A stretch of DNA of 55,408 bases, filler included, from Jimgerdemannia flammicorona (lineage: Eukaryota): NCBI GenBank assembly GCA_003990765.1. It is 2 parts of 2 records of this genome, joined end to end, with 100 filler letters (N's around TTAATTAATTAA, not from the genome) between each part and the next. Parts side by side here need not be neighbours in the genome. Positions count along the whole stretch, not along the records: positions 27,759 to 55,408 come from RBNJ01000615.1; 1 more part is not named here. One strand, given 5' to 3'. The translations under genes and the position numbers were made by a program. The first letter of the stretch is position 1. Each line of letters opens with the position of its first letter. Positions 50,873 to 55,408 of this stretch are shown piece after piece. The notes beneath the pieces were generated by a model that saw only the letters and a program-made list of their open reading frames with translations, was not told the DNA's origin and did not search any database.

Positions 50873-52569
50873 TGATAAACAATCAATTTTCCAACTTGAT
50901 AAAGAAAGCATTCAACCATTTGCCTTTTCCTTTTGCCCTGCTGAATGAATTCCCACCGTTGGAAGTTTGTTCCACCAAATCTCCAAGTCGAAGCCTGGGA
51001 AATCTGGACTCTAGGATGGGTTGTCAAGACTGGAATGAGAGACAATAGCATTCAATTTTTTTAGTTAAATGTGTTCCGGATTGATTGGCTCGTTTTATGT
51101 GCCCTGCGCAGATCGACACCGCGCGCACCGGGATCGGGTTGAATGGCGCATCAGATCTAGATATCGAACCGGGGCAATTTGGATTTTGACTATTGTTTTC
51201 GACATTTTGTGCCTAATTCCATAACCTGAAATTTGTCGCTAAATGAAGCGGTCTGTCGCCAGAAATAAGTCGGATCTATTGGGACGCTTTTGTTAGTAAA
51301 TTCGTTAGGTAAGTCGTCGGAAGGTGACCTGTCAGGCTTGAAAATGAATTTTGATGATAAGGGGTCCTGGCTTTGGTTGCACGCATTCTTATTACGAATT
51401 CACCTAGTTGCAATTAATTCTTTTTTGTTCCGATAACATATTTATACATTTCTCTTCTCCTTTTCTAACCGATACTACGTAAGAATGCCACGTAAGCGTA
51501 GAGGATGGTGGAATGCACGAATAATATAATGTTTTCGCACGCCTTCTTTAATTTGAACGCGTCAAGTCCAAACACGTTGGTCACACTAGGGCGTTGGCAT
51601 TTTGCTCTACGAACGCAGAACGCTCTACGAACGTATTTCGCTCTAAAAACACATTTTGAAGTCCCTCACATTTCTCTCATCGTTTAATATATAATTATCC
51701 AAATTACCTAACGGGCTCCCCCCCGAATTCTATGGGGATCGCGCTTTACCAACCATCGACAACACCCTCTTCCATCGCAGATGCATGAATGAGGTCCACC
51801 CCAAATCATTCGCTCGTATTCTATGGCGTGCGTATACACTGAAACGCATGAATGGCGCATGGGAAACCAATCACGTCATCCCACTCCCTCGCCATATTAA
51901 CCCCCACCATCACCGTATTCATCCATTCCTCATTTCCATCTACAATCCCATCTAAAAGTCCTATACTTATTTCGAAAGACGAACTTCTCTGCTTGCAGGG
52001 GTACCTTGGCCTAAATGTGCCTTGGCCTACAGCTTGTAGATACGGCGTAGGTTTGGATGATGGGGTACTAGATCCCACCCAAGATAAGTCCAAGGAGAAT
52101 GCCATGGCGAGGACCGTTACTCCCGTGATAGGGGGGCACTATAAATATATAACGCTGGGTGGCACGGAAGACATGCAGCAAGATATCAACGGTCCACGGC
52201 GCAAGTAGGTTTTCTTTCCCAACATATTATGTGAGTAGGCCCTTTGGCAAGGGTCGAAACCGCGTCATACGTTTGCATTTGACGCGTCACGCGCCCGACT
52301 GTAAATAGAATAGATTGCCAGAATAATAAAGCACAGATTTGTACTATCGCGTATAATAGGTCACTTTTCAACCTTGTCAGGTTACCCTGCGAAGGAATTT
52401 ACTAGTAAAAGCGTCACGATAGATCCGACTTTTTTAGACACTCAACCGCTCATCGCACTCGGTCTTTAAGGTCTTTGGTACAGAGCACGTGCGCGCGATT
52501 TCTTGTATGCTCTAATTAATTATCCAGTTTTTTATGTGCTGTACACCATCTTATCTCATCATACAATAT

Positions 52570-52631
52570 TCTTCGAACGCGGTCATGGTCTTCAGACGCG
52601 GTCATGGTCTTCGGACGCGGTCATGGTCCTT
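52570..52631. repeat. 19-bp tandem repeat x3 upstream of the gene
   Basis: TCTTCRRACGCGGTCATGG three times. Confidence 0.85.
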
Positions 52632-52920
52632 GGGCTCATTTGAAATTATCACAGCCGACGGCGGATGGACTGCCCGAAAGTAGCAAATTGAGTGTTGTAT
52701 TAATAGCGAATGTTTTATTGCTAGGGTTGCTTTTGCTGTGCGACATCAAATTAGGGAAAAAGCCGATTAATGTTGACTCCGATCAAATTTATTACGCAAC
52801 AAAGATTATATAATTCATATATATATGTGACAGTGAATTTAGTTAAAAGTGTACAGGCAGGCAAGAAGAAAAAAAATCTTCATATTCTTGTTTGATGCTC
52901 TACAATTGATAACGCTTCCG

Positions 52921-54157
52921 ATGGCAACAAGACTAACTCGGAAAGGGCTCTCGGCCTTCATTGTCTTTATAGTTTTAGGTGCGACGTTGGTAGCCACCGA
53001 TCTAGGTCCGTCGGGTTTCTGATTTGGTGACTCCTACAGAACATCCTCGTTGAGATTCTCTTCTGCTTTCTAATCCTCCGCCATTTGGCAAACAGGGCCC
53101 CGTCAGTATGGCTGCACCTTCGTCTACAACAACCGCTTCCACGTCCTCGGCGGCGAAGGAGTCAACAGCACCACTCATGTCGTTTTCGCCTACACTGAAT
53201 TCCCCCTCGACCTCACCAAAGGCCCGCCCACCTGGCACGCTCTATCCATCAATGAAACCTTCCTTAGTTCTTCCCACAACAACAGCGCCACCATTATTCA
53301 ATCCTACCTGAATCCCTGCGTTGTGACACCGAACGGCACCCTGATCGTCGGTGGCAGCGACTGGATCGGTTATGACATCGCCAAAGATAGCTGGCTGGGC
53401 CCTTTGAACCTCGTCGGCAACGTCTCCTCCCGTTTGTCCCCCTCCTGCGTCGACTGGGACAGCTGCTGGAAACCCATGGTCCAAGTGAATGATTCACTGT
53501 GGATATTTCAGGAGTTCGGCAACACTAGCGCCTCCGTATCAGAGACAGATATCGACATCCTCAACTTGACGACGTTTACGTGGACCACTAGGCAACAAGA
53601 TTTCACCCGCACACCCATACCGTTAGAAATGCGTTTCACCGCACTCTATTACTTGTCGCCCGCAGACCTTGCCATTTCCGCAAACGGGGTGATATTCATG
53701 ATTGGTGGAGTGACGCAGTTGAATGCGACAAAGTCCCAATATAACCAGATTATTTGGATGTTCGATTTGCAATCGTACTCGTGGGGTTCGTCACCGACGA
53801 CGCTTCCTATAGGAGTCAGCCACCATCATCTATTCTATCACTCTGCCACCCAAAAACTGTACGTCTACCCAGGTAAATTAAAACCGTCTCTGTCACGCAC
53901 ATGGTTGTTAGGAATTGGTAGCCCCTTTTTCAATATTGCTGAACCCAAATTCAACCTTCTTCATCATGGTCAAAATCAAAACAGGAGTATTGGATAGCGG
54001 CCCCACTATCCCAAATAATAACATGCAAGTGCTGAGCATCACGTTTGCCGGTATCAACGCATCACTTCTTCCCGCGCCACCTGCACGAGTTGGAGGATGT
54101 GTAGCACAACAGGGGAACATGGTGAGTTTGCAGTACGATTCGCATCATATCAAACCG

Positions 54158-54188
<31 letters not shown>

Positions 54189-55021
54189 GACTCGTGAAGT
54201 GTGTTAATTAACTTGGTTTGGTTTTACCTTAGTTTGTAAGTTACGGAGGGAACAACGGAACGACAATCGATGACAAGGTAAATTAGAAGGAAAATCCCCA
54301 ATCCGCATGTTTTATTTATTTATTTATTTTTGCAATCTCATGATTGTTTCCATTCCTTTTATCGACCAGTTTTTTATATTCGATATGGCAGGAGCGCAAT
54401 GGTAATTATAGTAATTTGTTCAGAATAAGCCAATGGTTCAACAAAACAACATAACTCTCACACATTTTCTGTTATACACATAAATTTCATAGGACTTTTA
54501 AAGCTCCCGCAGTCAACAACATGATTCCCGGCATGGCCACTCCCACCAACACGCCATCAGCCAATAAAAATGGCGGCCTCTCCGACATCCTCGGCATCAC
54601 CGGCGGCGCGGTCGTCGCCGTCCTCCTGCTCATAGGCTGCATATTCTACTGCACGCAAAAGCGAACCTCGCAGGAGGGTCGAAACTCGGACAGTCGCACC
54701 GCGGAGATCAGCACCACGCATCCCCGGGCTGCGGATCAGGGCCCCGACTCCGACTCGCAGCGAAGCCGGGCCAAAAGCGTCGATTGTGCCACGCAGACTT
54801 CCTACACGTCGCTATATCAGGTCCACTTGCCGTCGGCGACAACGAGCGGGATTGTATTGACCGAGGTCGTGGACGAGAGAGGGGCCGATTTGTCGCAGAA
54901 ACCGGATGAAGGAAAGGTCACGTCAACAGCGGAAAAGATAAGAAAATCGTTGAATCGATTTTCGGAATTTTCGTTGTGGAAGCCCGAAGAAATTGACATC
55001 TCGCACCAGGATAAGGTCTAG
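52921..55021 (+). CDS. Type I membrane protein with kelch/galactose-oxidase-like beta-propeller ectodomain (534 aa). Exons 52921-53005, 53096-53872, 53985-54121, 54233-54277, 54370-54401, 54493-55021
   Basis: Five GT-AG introns give a continuous 1605-nt frame. Hydrophobic N-terminus (LSAFIVFIVLGATLVA); kelch-like motifs FHVLGG, IFMIGG, FVSYGG, WMFDLQSYSW, FIFDMAGAQW; many N-x-S/T sites; TM ILGITGGAVVAVLLLIGCIFYC followed by basic residues. CpG is retained. Confidence 0.85.
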
Positions 55022-55408
55022 ACTGGTGTGTTTGGCACTTGCGGAGTACTTGTTTACAGACTTAATTTCAGTCCATTTTTGTGTTGTTGAAAAAGGTGGT
55101 GGTGACGTTGTTTGGTTTTAATTAATTATTTCTATTAGAGTGCTATTTTGGTATAGTTTATATTTTCCGAACACATTGCTCCACAGAGAATGTATGGTGC
55201 CTCTCTTCCCGAAACAAAGGAAATATGTCCGAATGTGCTTGCTTGACCAACATGACTCAGCCACTTGATGACCTTACGTCCCCTGCGATCTTTAGGTAAT
55301 CAAAGCCTTTCGAGGGCACAACTATTTCACATCACAACTATTTCGGGCGTTACACAACTTCCAGATGCGTCACGCTCGCAAAATTAAACGAAAATTCTAT
55401 ATCGTATG

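Noticed and set aside
51821..52208. Overlapping short ORFs on both strands upstream of the kelch gene
   Set aside because: No domain motif or consistent exon model.

Overview
Eukaryotic, most likely fungal, DNA (spliceosomal GT-AG introns, Ty3/Gypsy and L1/Tx1-like retroelements; an early-diverging lineage is suspected but not provable here). The window is two pieces joined by an artificial 100-bp spacer (N44-TTAATTAATTAA-N44, 27659-27758). About 80% is a nest of decayed transposons. There are at least eight L1/Tx1-like LINE copies or fragments and three copies of one Ty3/Gypsy family with an unusual layout: gag - protease - Cys/His-rich insert - dUTPase - RT - RNase H - integrase - an extra ~174-codon non-env ORF. 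One copy is complete (6861-20269, both LTRs, 4-bp TSD) and sits inside an older copy of itself. Also present are three palindromic hAT-type MITEs with 8-bp TSDs, a poly(A)-only retroposition and a chromovirus relic. The TE copies show strongly transition-biased C-to-T/G-to-A decay: CpG is almost erased and CpA-to-TpA is extensive. The decay fades at TE edges and spares neighbouring kinase pseudogene duplications, which suggests a RIP-like or methylation-driven repeat defence. The only intact gene is a six-exon signal-peptide + kelch-propeller + single-TM protein (52921-55021). All calls are from manual reading; TE boundaries without a TSD are approximate.
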